Position numbers and translations under genes: made by a program
Shown: positions 9,334 through 19,794 of the stretch, piece by piece
Position numbering within the stretch: position 1 is the stretch's first letter
Layout: each line of letters starts with the position of its first letter
Notes under the pieces: model-generated
The model's database searches: none
Told to the model about the DNA's origin: nothing
The model's input: the letters and a program-made list of their open reading frames with translations, nothing else
NCBI GenBank assembly: GCA_964510585.1
Contig: CAZECW010000118.1
Location: 1 to 32,000, forward strand
DNA from: an uncultured archaeon
Lineage (GTDB): Archaea; Asgardarchaeota; Jordiarchaeia; Jordiarchaeales; Jordiarchaeaceae
Length of the DNA: 32,000 bases
Direction of reading: 5' to 3'

Positions 9334-10119
9334 CTATTTCCCTTTGAATACTGGTTTTCTTTTTTCTTTTATGGCTTTGAGGGCTTCATTATGGTCTTCG
9401 GTTTGGAATAATAATGTTTGCTGTAGGGCGACATATTCTAGTTCTTCTTTGAGTTGGGGTATTATTCTTCTGTTCAGTGCATTCTTGGTTGCGGCTATTG
9501 CTCTTGTGGCTCCTTGAGCCAGTCTTTGTGCTAGGGCTTCTGCCTCCTCTTGTAGTTTTTCTTCTGGGACGCACTTGTTTACCAGTCCTATGCGCTCCGC
9601 CTCCCTGCCCTCAATATCGTCACCCGTAAACAGGAGTTCGCTGGCTCTTCCCAAACCCACAAGGAGTGGAAGCATATAGGTGTCTCCGTCTCCAGGCATT
9701 ATACCTATTCTCACAAATCTTTCACTGAAAACCGCTTTTTCAGAAGCAATTCTAATATCGCAGGCTAAAGCCAAGCCGCACCCAATACCCAAAGCATAAC
9801 CATTGACAGCAGCTATCACTGGCTTTTCTAGGCTTCTCACCGCAATTATCAGCCTTTCTACGAAGGAACGCATGAAATTTATGGAGTCAAATGGGCTTGG
9901 TCGGGCTCCTAGCTCTGTAAGTTCAGCTCCGGAGCAGAAGGCCCGGCCAGCACCCGTAATTATAACTGCTCTCACCTCATCGTCTACATCAATTCCGTCC
10001 AATGCGTCGACCAATTCGTCAACCATCTGGAAATTCATGGCGTTCAACTTATCAGGCCTATTAAGAATAATTTTGCCTATACCATTTTTCTTTTCATAAA
10101 TTATGGTCTCGTAACCCAA
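9334..10119 (-). CDS. Enoyl-CoA hydratase/isomerase (crotonase family, PaaG-like)
   Basis: LNRPDKLNA, GRAFCSGAEL, KPVIAAVNGYALGIG, ACDIRIA, EKRKPVFKG. TTG 10119 follows a GGAGG RBS. Confidence 0.95.
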   Translation of the reverse strand: MGYETIIYEKKNGIGKIILNRPDKLNAMNFQMVDELVDALDGIDVDDEVRAVIITGAGRAFCSGAELTELGARPSPFDSINFMRSFVERLIIAVRSLEKPVIAAVNGYALGIGCGLALACDIRIASEKAVFSERFVRIGIMPGDGDTYMLPLLVGLGRASELLFTGDDIEGREAERIGLVNKCVPEEKLQEEAEALAQRLAQGATRAIAATKNALNRRIIPQLKEELEYVALQQTLLFQTEDHNEALKAIKEKRKPVFKGK

Positions 10120-10437
10120 ACATAAAGCCTCCACTAAATGCTTCTTAAAACTGTTATGGCATTTAACCTTTTAAAATAGACCCAAAAAATGATATTAAAT
10201 TATCCTAAAAATTTTTGATACGATAGAAATAAACTAAAAAGCCGAATTGGTACACTAGGTTCATAAAATGTGGCTTACAAGAAAACTTACAACCCGTAGC
10301 CACCTAGAACATGGCTATGTAGCTTCCAATGTGGGTGCTTTACCTTGCTTCTTGAAGGGTCTTAATTTACTTCTAGTGGTGAAGTTAAGAGGGAAAGGAT
10401 GGGCAAAAATTTGTCTAATTTTACAAAGGCTGGTTTT

Positions 10438-10836
10438 TTAAATTTGGTCTTGAATAACTGTTATTGTTTCTTCGCTTATGTGTTCTATTAGTTCCTCCAG
10501 AATTGAAAATAGTTTTGAGGCGATAACTTTTTTGTTGTGTAGTATCATTTCTTGTATTGTGATTGCAAGTCCATCTGCTCTCTTTGCAAATTTGATGCTT
10601 CCGATGTCACGAAGAACCCACATTAAACACATTAGCTTGCGTTCCTCATCCGTGACCATTTCAACTTGGTTTTGAATCACATTTTTTAATCGTTCCATTA
10701 GGGCTTTGGCCGAGTAGGCGGTTATTATCTCGCAGAGTTCACTGAGTTCCAGAATTTTTTCTCGAAGTCTTGAATTTGCATTGTTCAGGTATGTTTGAAG
10801 TTCTGAAAGTTTTACTATCAAGACACCCTTCACCAA
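10438..10836 (-). CDS. Hypothetical, mostly helical protein
   Basis: 132-aa ORF filling the gap; TATAAATA at 10858-10851 upstream. The real start may be GTG 10833 or TTG 10821. No family recognised. Confidence 0.65.
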   Translation of the reverse strand: MVKGVLIVKLSELQTYLNNANSRLREKILELSELCEIITAYSAKALMERLKNVIQNQVEMVTDEERKLMCLMWVLRDIGSIKFAKRADGLAITIQEMILHNKKVIASKLFSILEELIEHISEETITVIQDQI

Positions 10837-10982
10837 AATAATCTCTAATATATTTATACGTTTTTTACATTTATAAGTTTATTAGTTGAGCATTTCCAGC
10901 AATTTTTTGAGATTTTTACCCCCAAAAAATTGTGAAGATGCATGCAGAGGGTTTTAGAAGGCGCTTAAGCGGGAAGGTTTTT

Positions 10983-11831
10983 CTATTTTACTTTGTGTTT
11001 TTTCTGGAGTTGGGTTAGTTTTTCAACTATGTTTTCTTTATATTTTGGCATTTCTATTTTCCTGAAATTTTTTGGGTCGATTTTTTCCCGAATCAGTTTT
11101 AGCTGTTCTTTTGTGGGTGGCTCTGTTTCGGGAACTTTGTCGGGTATAATAAGTTTGAAGCCCGTATTTTTAACCACCTCTTCAACTGATACCCCTGGGT
11201 GGATTGATTCCAGTTGTAACTGCTTATCTCTATTTTTAAAATTCATTACTGCCAAATTGGAGATAACCTTGGTTGGCCCTTGAGAGTGAATATTCAGTCT
11301 TTTTCTCCACTGGCCATTTTCAAGATGTCCTGCTCCGGTAATGTAGTCCACCTTTTCTACAAAAACTCGGGTGTCGTGATGGGGAGCATAATACACCACC
11401 CTATTCGCAAGAACTAATAGATCAGCGGTACCCACACCCCCACTGAATCTGATAGTAGGTTTGGTACGGTTTCCAATCAGGGACATATTTGCGTTTCCCA
11501 ATCTGTCTATTTGGGCGGGTCTAAGAAACATTAGATCTATACCGTTTCTCTGTTGTAGGTTCCAAAACTCGCTAATACTCAGAACGCCGAAGACTGTTCC
11601 CAAAAAACTCTCAGTCTTAACCATAACTTGGGATATGTCTTGGATGGCCGGATTAACTCCTAAGAAGTATAGATGGTTTGCGTTTGGGGCGTGAGTTTCC
11701 CTAGCCAGCATAATAGCAGCCCCCGCTAAAGGGGTGGTGATACCCTGAAAAACTAAATCTCCATCTCTGATCTCTCGAGACATGGCAACTATCATTAACT
11801 CGTCAACAGTGTAATCCTCAGCATATTCCAT
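10983..11831 (-). CDS. CoA-transferase subunit B (glutaconate CoA-transferase GctB-like, family I)
   Basis: ELMIVAMSREIRDGD, PAQIDRLGNAN, RFSGGVGTADL, HHDTRVFVEKVDYIT, SIHPGVSVEEVVKNTGF. Confidence 0.9.
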   Translation of the reverse strand: MEYAEDYTVDELMIVAMSREIRDGDLVFQGITTPLAGAAIMLARETHAPNANHLYFLGVNPAIQDISQVMVKTESFLGTVFGVLSISEFWNLQQRNGIDLMFLRPAQIDRLGNANMSLIGNRTKPTIRFSGGVGTADLLVLANRVVYYAPHHDTRVFVEKVDYITGAGHLENGQWRKRLNIHSQGPTKVISNLAVMNFKNRDKQLQLESIHPGVSVEEVVKNTGFKLIIPDKVPETEPPTKEQLKLIREKIDPKNFRKIEMPKYKENIVEKLTQLQKKHKVK

Positions 11832-11834
11832 GGC

Positions 11835-12689
11835 TCAGCACCTACCCACCATTTTCAGATATTCCTCGTGTCCACTTGGCTGATAAACATATTTCTCTAA
11901 ATACTCTTGGAATGTCTTGGGGTCGTTTGAAGCCCTCATGTACTCCATTAAATGCCCTACATCTTGATCGTAGAGAGGATAGAAAGCCGTAGGATGGGCA
12001 CCTTGAGGCACTTCCACCACTGCGTCAACTTCGTAGCTGAACAGTATAGTTTTATCAAAATTTTTTCTTATATCCTCGGGGCTAACTATCCTTTCCACGG
12101 TGGCTATGACTAATTTACTCGCCCTTGCAAGGGAAGTATCATAATCAATAGTACTCTCAGTAGGCAAGTAGGCTTGAACATTGCCATAACAATCGGCTTG
12201 AAGCTGGTGTACTACGCAAACATCTAAATCGAAAGCTGGAACCGCTAACAATTCTTGATCAGTGTAGGGACAACTTATGGTTTTAAATCCCAGGTCTTTT
12301 ACAATATCGCTGCCAAAACCTCCCCTCATAGGCAAGAAAGGTAAACCCATAACCGCAGCCCTTAAGGCTGAAGCGAAACCCAGAACATCATACTCATTAA
12401 TTTTAATTAGGCCCTTCTCCGCAGCTCTCCTAAAATTTAGCGCAAGTCCCAATTGTCCCATACCCAGATAAGTGTAGTTGACACTCTGCACGCATCCCGC
12501 ACCAATTAACATGTCAAGATCCATATTTGCATTAAGAGAGTAGGCATCCAAATTCTTTTTTCCAGCCTTTATCAAACCTCTGATGAAAGCCATCGGACGA
12601 CGGAAAAACATAAACCCCCCGAACCCTATAGAGGAAGCGTCCTCTACCAGTTCAACAGCCTCTTCCAACTTCATCAGTTTATCCTTCAT
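11835..12689 (-). CDS. CoA-transferase subunit A (GctA-like)
   Basis: LEEAVELVEDASSIGFGG, DMLIGAGCV, AAVMGLPFLP, QADCYGN, VDAVVEVPQGAHPT; 3-nt gap to subunit B; ATG 12689 after GAGGAGA. Confidence 0.9.
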   Translation of the reverse strand: MKDKLMKLEEAVELVEDASSIGFGGFMFFRRPMAFIRGLIKAGKKNLDAYSLNANMDLDMLIGAGCVQSVNYTYLGMGQLGLALNFRRAAEKGLIKINEYDVLGFASALRAAVMGLPFLPMRGGFGSDIVKDLGFKTISCPYTDQELLAVPAFDLDVCVVHQLQADCYGNVQAYLPTESTIDYDTSLARASKLVIATVERIVSPEDIRKNFDKTILFSYEVDAVVEVPQGAHPTAFYPLYDQDVGHLMEYMRASNDPKTFQEYLEKYVYQPSGHEEYLKMVGRC

Positions 12690-12802
12690 TACAAATCTCC
12701 TCAACACAAGACAGCCACTAAAAATTGGGAAAATAAGTCTTATTTCAAAAATTTGCTCGCAACCTTGCTTTTCATCCTTTATCGCGATAAACCTTTTGCT
12801 CT

Positions 12803-13051
12803 CTATTCGTGTCCCAGAACGTGCTTTTTCAAGGTTCTTGTTTTTTCAGGTAAATTTTTTTCCAAAATTTCAATAATCTCTTCATTTATTTTTGCGTGTT
12901 CCAGAGTGCAACTGCCAGCCTTCTCTTTGCCACTCAAAATTGCTGCGGTGTTTTCTGTGATGCGGATTAACTCTGTTGCAATTACTCCGTTGAGCCATAT
13001 GAGCTCCTTCAAAACTTCCTTCAACTCTTTAAGTTCCTTTTCATATTCCAT
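12803..13051 (-). CDS. Small helical hypothetical protein
   Basis: 82 aa with GGTGAG RBS; LKELIWLNGVIATELIRITEN helix and C-x3-H ... H-x3-H residues. Confidence 0.75.
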   Translation of the reverse strand: MEYEKELKELKEVLKELIWLNGVIATELIRITENTAAILSGKEKAGSCTLEHAKINEEIIEILEKNLPEKTRTLKKHVLGHE

Positions 13052-13146
13052 AATTGCTCACCAGTAAATTTCCTAAAAGAATTAGGATTGACAGGGGAAA
13101 CATTATTTTGCGATTTAAAAAGTGTTAGGTTTCTCTGTTGTGTCTG

Positions 13147-14145
13147 TTACTCTTTTTTAATTAGTAGTTCTGCCATTGATCTGAAGAGTTCCTCAATGTT
13201 TATTCCAGTGTTGGCGCTCGTTTCAAAGTAGGTTGCATTTATTTCTTTGGCATATTTCAGGCCTTCCTCAACTGGTATCTTCCTCTCCAGATCCGATTTG
13301 TTGCCCACTACAAACATTGTAAGGGAGCCAAAGGAACTTTGTATCTCTTTGCGCCATTTCTCCAAGTTTTTGAGTGATTCTGGATTGGTTAGGTCAAAAA
13401 CCAGAACGGCTGCATCCGCATCTACGTAGAGTTCCCTTCTCATATGCTCAAAGTTTGTTGAGCCCCCGAAATCCCAGAAGTGCAATCGCACCTTGTTCCT
13501 GCCAATTTCAAACTGTTTCACGGTGAAATCGCAGCCAATGGTGGGTTTATATTCTGTGGAAAATTTATTTTCGGTGGTTTTTTTAACAATACTGGTTTTT
13601 CCAACACTTTGGTCGCCGACAAGAAGGATTTTGAACATGAAGGTTTTCGATCTTCTGAGAATCTGCTTTAAAGACAAAACTGGTTTAGATACTTCCTGCA
13701 TTGAGACCGTGGCTTTAGGCGTAACTTCTGGGGCTTCGGATACAATTAACTCTCTCAAATCCTTCTCCAGAAACACTTCATCAATTTTTTTCTCGAAACC
13801 TGCAAACGGTTGAACGCTTCCATTCCAATATTGGAGTTGTGAACCAAAATTTCTGATAAATAGGCTGATTATTTTTCGCAAAGCGTCCCTTACCATTTCC
13901 TCATTGTCTTCCCTGTGAATGACTGCCACTAGTTTAAGGTTGTCACTTGACTCATAGATTATTCTGTAATTTCTCAGCATGATTTCCTGAAGATCTTCCT
14001 CTTCTCCGTGAATAAGTTTACTGGAAAACTTGAGGATTGCAGTTAAAAAGCCTCCGATAAGATTCTCATCAATATCAATTGAACCATACTTCCTTGAAAG
14101 AATACACACACCACGATGGTCAATAAGATAAATTCCCTGAATCAT
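13147..14145 (-). CDS. Longin domain + Rab-like small GTPase fusion
   Basis: N-term MIQGIYLIDHRGVCILSRKY resembles longin/adaptin sigma-mu starts. GTPase motifs: G1 GDQSVGKT, G2 PTIG, G3 WDFGG, G4 NKSD, G5 ETSA. Confidence 0.9.
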   Translation of the reverse strand: MIQGIYLIDHRGVCILSRKYGSIDIDENLIGGFLTAILKFSSKLIHGEEEDLQEIMLRNYRIIYESSDNLKLVAVIHREDNEEMVRDALRKIISLFIRNFGSQLQYWNGSVQPFAGFEKKIDEVFLEKDLRELIVSEAPEVTPKATVSMQEVSKPVLSLKQILRRSKTFMFKILLVGDQSVGKTSIVKKTTENKFSTEYKPTIGCDFTVKQFEIGRNKVRLHFWDFGGSTNFEHMRRELYVDADAAVLVFDLTNPESLKNLEKWRKEIQSSFGSLTMFVVGNKSDLERKIPVEEGLKYAKEINATYFETSANTGINIEELFRSMAELLIKKE

Positions 14146-14545
14146 AAAAGGAAACCACCCATAAACCTAAAGCAAACAACAATTCATAATATACAAACAC
14201 ACCCATATTAAATTATCACCACCCTTTAATCATTCCTCTCAGTAGCTTTCAGACCTTCCCTTTGACATAAAAATAAATTAAAACATAATAACCACATTAA
14301 TAACCAAGACCATCCAAGAAGTTCCCATCGAACCAATCTTCCTCACGCAGAAAAACTTTAAGCCTAAACTTAACTTTTGAGAACCGTTACCTCACTAACC
14401 ATGATGCCCACTCGTAAAAAAGCAGAATTCAGCAAAACCCTAGAAGGATAAAATGCTAGACATTAACAGAAATGCTGAAGAAAAAAATCACATAAAGCAA
14501 AGATGTAAATAAATGAACGATAAAAAAATGAAAATGAAAGTTGTT

Positions 14546-16213
14546 CTACTTTTTCATTTTGGCTTTTTCTTCTTCTCTCAATTCTCTCTTAAGAACTTTA
14601 CCTGTGGCGCTGAGGGGCAGTTCTTTTCTGAACTCAATTATTTTTGGAACCTTATAGGGTGCTAAACTTTTCTTTAGGAACTGCCTAATCTCTTCGGCGA
14701 GTTTAGGGCTTCCCTCGTATCCCTCCTTCAATGTGACAAAAGCCTTCACTATTTCGCTACCCGGTCTATCTGGGTCAGGTATACCAATGGTCGCGGCCAT
14801 GTTCACTGCGGGATGTTCAAATAATATGTCGTCAACTTCTCTTGAAGCCACCTTATACCCTGAAACATTGATTATGTCCTTCTTCCGATCAACGATGTAG
14901 AAGTAGCCATCCTCGTCCATATAGCCAATATCGCCAGTATAGTACCAACCATTCCTTAAAGCCTTCTCAGTCTCCTCCGGTTTCTTCCAGTAACCCTTAT
15001 AGAAAACTTGAGGGCCGTATGCTATGAGTTCTCCCCGCTCTCTCACTGGAAGCTCTTCACTCCCAGTCTCTGGATCCACCACCTTAATTATGGTGTCTGG
15101 GAGGGGAATACCCACAGATCCCACCTTTTTTAGTCCCTCAACTGGGTTTGCTGTGAGCACGGGACTGGCCTCGGTCATTCCCCAGACTTCAAGCACCTTT
15201 CCTTGGGTTTTGCTGTTATACTCGTTTATAATTTCTGGGGGGAAGGCTGCAGCTCCGCTTATGAACATTTTCGCGTTTCTTATTGCTGATTTTTCAAATT
15301 TTGGATGTCTCAGTAGCTGGATGTAGATTGTGGGAACATTGCATATGACCGTAGGGTGGTACTGGTCGATTAGGTTTATTGTTCCCTCAATGTCTCTGGG
15401 GTTGGCTATTAGGATTTGGCCGGCTGCCATAGAAACACAGCCTATATTGAACTCTAGACCCGCTAGGTGAAAGAATGGGAAAGATGAGCAAACAATCTCC
15501 TTACCTCTCTCAAACTTTAACCAAGACATGAGTTGAGTTGTTTGTCTAACCATATTTTCGTGAGTGAGAATTGTTCCCTTAGGTAAACCAGTTGTGCCCG
15601 CAGTATACTGGAGCAAAGCCCAATCATCTCTGGGATTTATTTTCACCTCTGGGGGTTTCGGCTCATATTTAAGAAGTTCCAAGAATGAGACTGCCCCCTC
15701 ATACTCTGTCGGCTCAGGCAGAGGGCCCTCCTGTGGAAAGTCGCCTAACCCCGCCACTATCACATTCCTCAATTTGGTTTCCTTTCTCACTTCCTGTACT
15801 CGGGACAGGAAAAGGTCTAGGGCTACAATTGTTTCCGCGTCAGAGTCGTCTAAAATGTATTTGATTTCTCTGGGAGTGAGGAGCGGGTTTATTCCTGTGG
15901 GCACCGCCCCAATTTTTATGGCTGCGTAGAGAGTTATCAAGTATTGGGGCATGTTTAGACAGTATATTCCCACTCGGTCCCCCTTCTTTACCCCCATATC
16001 AGCAAGGGCCGCTGCGAAGCTGTAGTGGTAATTGCCGAACTCTTTGAAGGAAATTATTCTCTTGCCCTGAATCATCATGGGTCTATCTGGAAATTCCTTC
16101 ACTGAATCATCCACAAAGTGAGATAATGGTACGTTTGGATATTCAAGAGTATTTGGAACGTGAGGGTCATAGTGTTTCAGCCAAGGTTTACTCTCATATA
16201 TTCCTTTAGACAA
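14546..16213 (-). CDS. Long-chain acyl-CoA synthetase (AMP-binding, FadD-like)
   Basis: YTAGTTGLPKG, WGMTEASP, YTGDIG, IVDRKKDII, YKVPK, LPLSATGKVLKR; TTG start after GGAGG. Confidence 0.95.
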   Translation of the reverse strand: MSKGIYESKPWLKHYDPHVPNTLEYPNVPLSHFVDDSVKEFPDRPMMIQGKRIISFKEFGNYHYSFAAALADMGVKKGDRVGIYCLNMPQYLITLYAAIKIGAVPTGINPLLTPREIKYILDDSDAETIVALDLFLSRVQEVRKETKLRNVIVAGLGDFPQEGPLPEPTEYEGAVSFLELLKYEPKPPEVKINPRDDWALLQYTAGTTGLPKGTILTHENMVRQTTQLMSWLKFERGKEIVCSSFPFFHLAGLEFNIGCVSMAAGQILIANPRDIEGTINLIDQYHPTVICNVPTIYIQLLRHPKFEKSAIRNAKMFISGAAAFPPEIINEYNSKTQGKVLEVWGMTEASPVLTANPVEGLKKVGSVGIPLPDTIIKVVDPETGSEELPVRERGELIAYGPQVFYKGYWKKPEETEKALRNGWYYTGDIGYMDEDGYFYIVDRKKDIINVSGYKVASREVDDILFEHPAVNMAATIGIPDPDRPGSEIVKAFVTLKEGYEGSPKLAEEIRQFLKKSLAPYKVPKIIEFRKELPLSATGKVLKRELREEEKAKMKK

Positions 16214-16822
16214 ACTTGTTCCTCCAAAAAATTACGCAGTTATATTGTATGGATATATTTATAGAGTAAGTAGTATATAAATTTTCGATACTCTACGTCT
16301 TGACAAGTTGATTTTCGCTTTTTCCTCTCAATTTTTTCATTTTTGAAGCATCTTATTTGCGACGAAAAACGGTACTTCTCCCCTACCCTAAAGGTGAAAT
16401 ACGTCTTAAAGTATAAATTTTGTTTCAAAGCCCTATTCTGCGATACCTTTCAGGACAAATCCTGTCCGTTGCCCATTAGACTTTCTTTTTTGGTAAATGG
16501 TTCAATGCTCTCTCTTGAAATTACTGGGATAGGAATAAACTGGTCTGGCATTTGCACCACTATCCTAGGAGGGGTCTTGATAGTTAAATAAAGGAAGCTG
16601 AGTTTGAGAAAGAATCCTGCTGTTCAGGCGCAGAGCTCCTATGATAATTAAAAGGATAAGAAAACGTGTAAAAAAATGATATATTTCTTAAAATTTCAGA
16701 AAATTTTTTAACACAAAATGATATTTTTGGATAATATTCTGTATTCCTTATACAACGCTTCACAAATGTTTATTAGGGGATAGGTATGCTAAACTTTAAA
16801 AATTGAGACTTTGTTGTGATGT

Positions 16823-17728
16823 GTGGTGATGCTTGTGGGTTTTGAGTTTCCTCCTTATCGTCCGCCATCTGAGGCTTATAGTATGCTTATTAGGGTGACT
16901 CGTAACTGTCCTTGGAACCGTTGTGCTTTCTGTAATATGTATAAGGGTCAAAAGTTTTCTCGGAGGTCGGTGGAGGAGGTTAAGAGTGATATTTCGATGG
17001 CGGCGGAGGTTTACGGTGAGAGACCCAACATGTTTTGGGGAGACAGCAACTCCATTATTCTGAAGACTCAAGAATTGGAGGAAATATTAGATCACACCTA
17101 TAGGGTTTACCCCAATTTGGAGAGGATAACAAGCTACGCTAGGGCGAAAACCATTCTCCATACTAAGACTGTTTCTGAATTGAGGAGGTTGAATGAGGCT
17201 GGTCTCACAAGGTTACATGTGGGTCTTGAGACCGGTGACGACTGGCTTTTGAAATTCATAAATAAGGGGGCAACAGCTGAGGAAATGATTAAAGCGGGGA
17301 GAATGGTGGTGGAGTCTGGAATTCACCTCAGTGAGTATGTGATTCTGGGTTTGGGCGGGGTGGAGAGGAGCGAAATTCACGCAAGGGAAACTGCTAGAGT
17401 GTTAAACCAGATTGACCCTGCATTCATTCGCGTACGCACCCTTGTACCAATTCCGGGCACTCCTCTGTATGAGGTTTTTGAGAAGGGGATTCTACATTTG
17501 GGCTCTCCACTTGACATACTAAAAGAGACCAGAATCCTTATAGATGAACTGGAGGTTAACAGCGAATTTCTAAGCGACCATGTTTCCAACTATTTACCCA
17601 TTAACGGCAAACTGCCGGAAGATAAGGATGACATGTTAGAATTTCTCGATTCCCACATTGAGCTCTTAGAGGTTGACCCAGAAACTGGAAGGAAGCTTCT
17701 CCAACCAGAATACCTAAGGAGACTCTAA
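16823..17728 (+). CDS. Radical SAM protein (COG1032-like core without B12-binding domain)
   Basis: CPWNRCAFC cluster motif, YRPPSE, GLETGDD, PIPGTPLY, SDHVSNY. Confidence 0.92.
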   Translation: MVMLVGFEFPPYRPPSEAYSMLIRVTRNCPWNRCAFCNMYKGQKFSRRSVEEVKSDISMAAEVYGERPNMFWGDSNSIILKTQELEEILDHTYRVYPNLERITSYARAKTILHTKTVSELRRLNEAGLTRLHVGLETGDDWLLKFINKGATAEEMIKAGRMVVESGIHLSEYVILGLGGVERSEIHARETARVLNQIDPAFIRVRTLVPIPGTPLYEVFEKGILHLGSPLDILKETRILIDELEVNSEFLSDHVSNYLPINGKLPEDKDDMLEFLDSHIELLEVDPETGRKLLQPEYLRRL

Positions 17729-17742
17729 AAAGGCTAGGGGCC

Positions 17743-18384
17743 TCAAAACTGTTCCCCGAATATTTTTAGGAGTTCCCTTAAATCATCTATTACCAAATCC
17801 GCGCACTCTACTAGTTCTTCTGAGGGTTTGTAGGCTACGCCTAAACCCGCCGCTGATAAGAAGGACTTGTCAAATTTACTATCCGCCACCGCTACGCACT
17901 CTGAGAGTTTAACGCCGTGAATTTTTGCAACCCTTTTCAGTGCCTTCTCTTTTTTTAATAGTTCAACTCTTAAAATTCCTTCTCCCGTAAGGTAGCCGTT
18001 TCTGTCTGTTTTTAAACCGTTTGCAACCGTACACTTTATACCCAATTTTTCGCCCAAGTCTCTAGCCCTTATGTCTATACCCGCGGACACTATGCAAACC
18101 TTTAGTCCCCAGTTTAACAGTTTTTCTGTGACGTACTGGGCGTGTGGCTCCAACTCGTAGTTTAGGAGAACACTTCTCACCTCATCTATATGGGGTGGCG
18201 GTTGCCAGAGCTTTATATCCCTTCTCATAAACTCAGAGTAATCAATTTTTTTCTCCAAATAGTCCCTCAAATTTGTTAGGTTCTCCACACCGAAGTGCCT
18301 GTGCAAACACTGCCAACTATTAACTCCCGAGATAATTGTTCCATCCATATCAAAGACAACTAAGCGATACTTCCTCAAAATCAT
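17743..18384 (-). CDS. HAD-superfamily phosphatase, phosphoserine phosphatase-like
   Basis: VFDMDGT motif I, IVSAG motif II, K...VADSKFD motifs III/IV. Confidence 0.88.
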   Translation of the reverse strand: MILRKYRLVVFDMDGTIISGVNSWQCLHRHFGVENLTNLRDYLEKKIDYSEFMRRDIKLWQPPPHIDEVRSVLLNYELEPHAQYVTEKLLNWGLKVCIVSAGIDIRARDLGEKLGIKCTVANGLKTDRNGYLTGEGILRVELLKKEKALKRVAKIHGVKLSECVAVADSKFDKSFLSAAGLGVAYKPSEELVECADLVIDDLRELLKIFGEQF

Positions 18385-18447
18385 CTACACCCAGACTACA
18401 TACAATGTTTCACTTTTCACTGTGTAGTCCCCATTTTTTTTAAGAAT

Positions 18448-19794
18448 TTATGTGATTTCTTTTAGAGACTCCTCGAGAATATCCAGTCCCATGTTCAGGA
18501 GTCCTTCTTCTATAATCAGAGGTACCAAAATTCGTATAACGTTGTCGTAGATTCCGCACCTCAATGTAATCAGTCCCTTTTTGGTACAGGTTTCAACCAG
18601 CTTCTTAGTTTCTTGGTCTGCAGGCTCCTTTGTTCTTAGATCCCTCACCAGTTCCAAGGCTGCCATGGGTCCTTTGCCTCTCACGTCTCCTATTATTTCG
18701 TACTTTTCCTGCATCTCCCGCAATCTTTTATGTATGATTACTCCCATTTTTTGGGCGTGGGCAAGGTTATCTTCTATGACTTTAATGGTTTCAAGAGCAG
18801 CAACGCATGAAACAGGGCTCCCCCCAAATGTGGTTCCCAATCCTCCTCTCTGGGGGGAGTCCATAATTTCGGCTTTACCAATAGTGGCACTCACCGGAAA
18901 GCCTGCGGCAATAGATTTTGCCACTGTGATTATATCTGGCTCCACCCCGTAGTGCTCCACGCAAAACATCTTTCCCGTTCTGCCCATTCCCGCCTGAATC
19001 TCATCATCAATTAACACTATTCCATACTTATCACATATTTTTCTAAGTCCTGGGAACCAGTCGTCTGGAGGCACAATGAAACCTCCCTCGCCCTGAATGG
19101 GTTCCGCTATAATGGCAGCGGTCTCTTCTGCAGCGTAGCGAACTGCGAACCCCTCCTCTATGGCATGGAGACACCTCAATCCACAACTGGGATACTCCAA
19201 ACCATAACGGCACCGATAACAGTAAGCGTAGGGATAACGATCCAAATTATATAGGTAAGCATTAAAACCAAGCTTGTAGGGCCTTACTTTGCTTGTGAGA
19301 GCCATCCCCAGCCTTGTTCTTCCATGAAAGGCATTCTCAAAGGCAATGATTATAGGCCTTTTAGTGTAATGGATTGCGATTTTAACCGCATTTTCAACAG
19401 CTTCCACTCCGCTGTTGATTATGAGAACCTTTTTTTCAAAGGAGCCTGGGGTAATCTCACAAAGCTTTTCCGCCAATCTCACGTAAACTTCATATGGCAC
19501 AACCTGATACCCAGTGTGTATGAGTCTCTCCACCTGTTTCTGAACAGCTTCAACAACGGATGGAGGGCAATGACCGGCATTTATAGTACCTATTCCTCCC
19601 GCAAAATCAATGTAAACATTCCCATCTACATCTCTTAGGAGGGCCCCCTGCGCCTCTTCAACAAATATTTCATTATCCATACCCAGACTTCTAGTAATGT
19701 ACTTCTCGTGAAGTTTCCATAACTCTCGGGACTTGGGACCCGGAATTTCCGTAACGATTCTCGGTCTATGCAACTGCTTCATTTTCGCCACCAA
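18448..19794 (-). CDS. gabT: Class III PLP aminotransferase, 4-aminobutyrate/5-aminovalerate type
   Basis: YIDFAGGIG, NSGVEAVENAVK, AFHGRT, EPIQGEGG, DDEIQAGMGRTG, AKSIAAGFP, GTTFGGSP. Substrate not certain. Confidence 0.88.
   Translation of the reverse strand: MVAKMKQLHRPRIVTEIPGPKSRELWKLHEKYITRSLGMDNEIFVEEAQGALLRDVDGNVYIDFAGGIGTINAGHCPPSVVEAVQKQVERLIHTGYQVVPYEVYVRLAEKLCEITPGSFEKKVLIINSGVEAVENAVKIAIHYTKRPIIIAFENAFHGRTRLGMALTSKVRPYKLGFNAYLYNLDRYPYAYCYRCRYGLEYPSCGLRCLHAIEEGFAVRYAAEETAAIIAEPIQGEGGFIVPPDDWFPGLRKICDKYGIVLIDDEIQAGMGRTGKMFCVEHYGVEPDIITVAKSIAAGFPVSATIGKAEIMDSPQRGGLGTTFGGSPVSCVAALETIKVIEDNLAHAQKMGVIIHKRLREMQEKYEIIGDVRGKGPMAALELVRDLRTKEPADQETKKLVETCTKKGLITLRCGIYDNVIRILVPLIIEEGLLNMGLDILEESLKEIT

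Noticed and set aside
16214-16822. Long intergenic regions with 60-112-aa ORFs (here, 19795-20129 and 26730-27353)
   Set aside because: Low-complexity AT-rich translations without motifs or RBS; no repeat-spacer structure, so no CRISPR; no C/D box or structured RNA signal seen.
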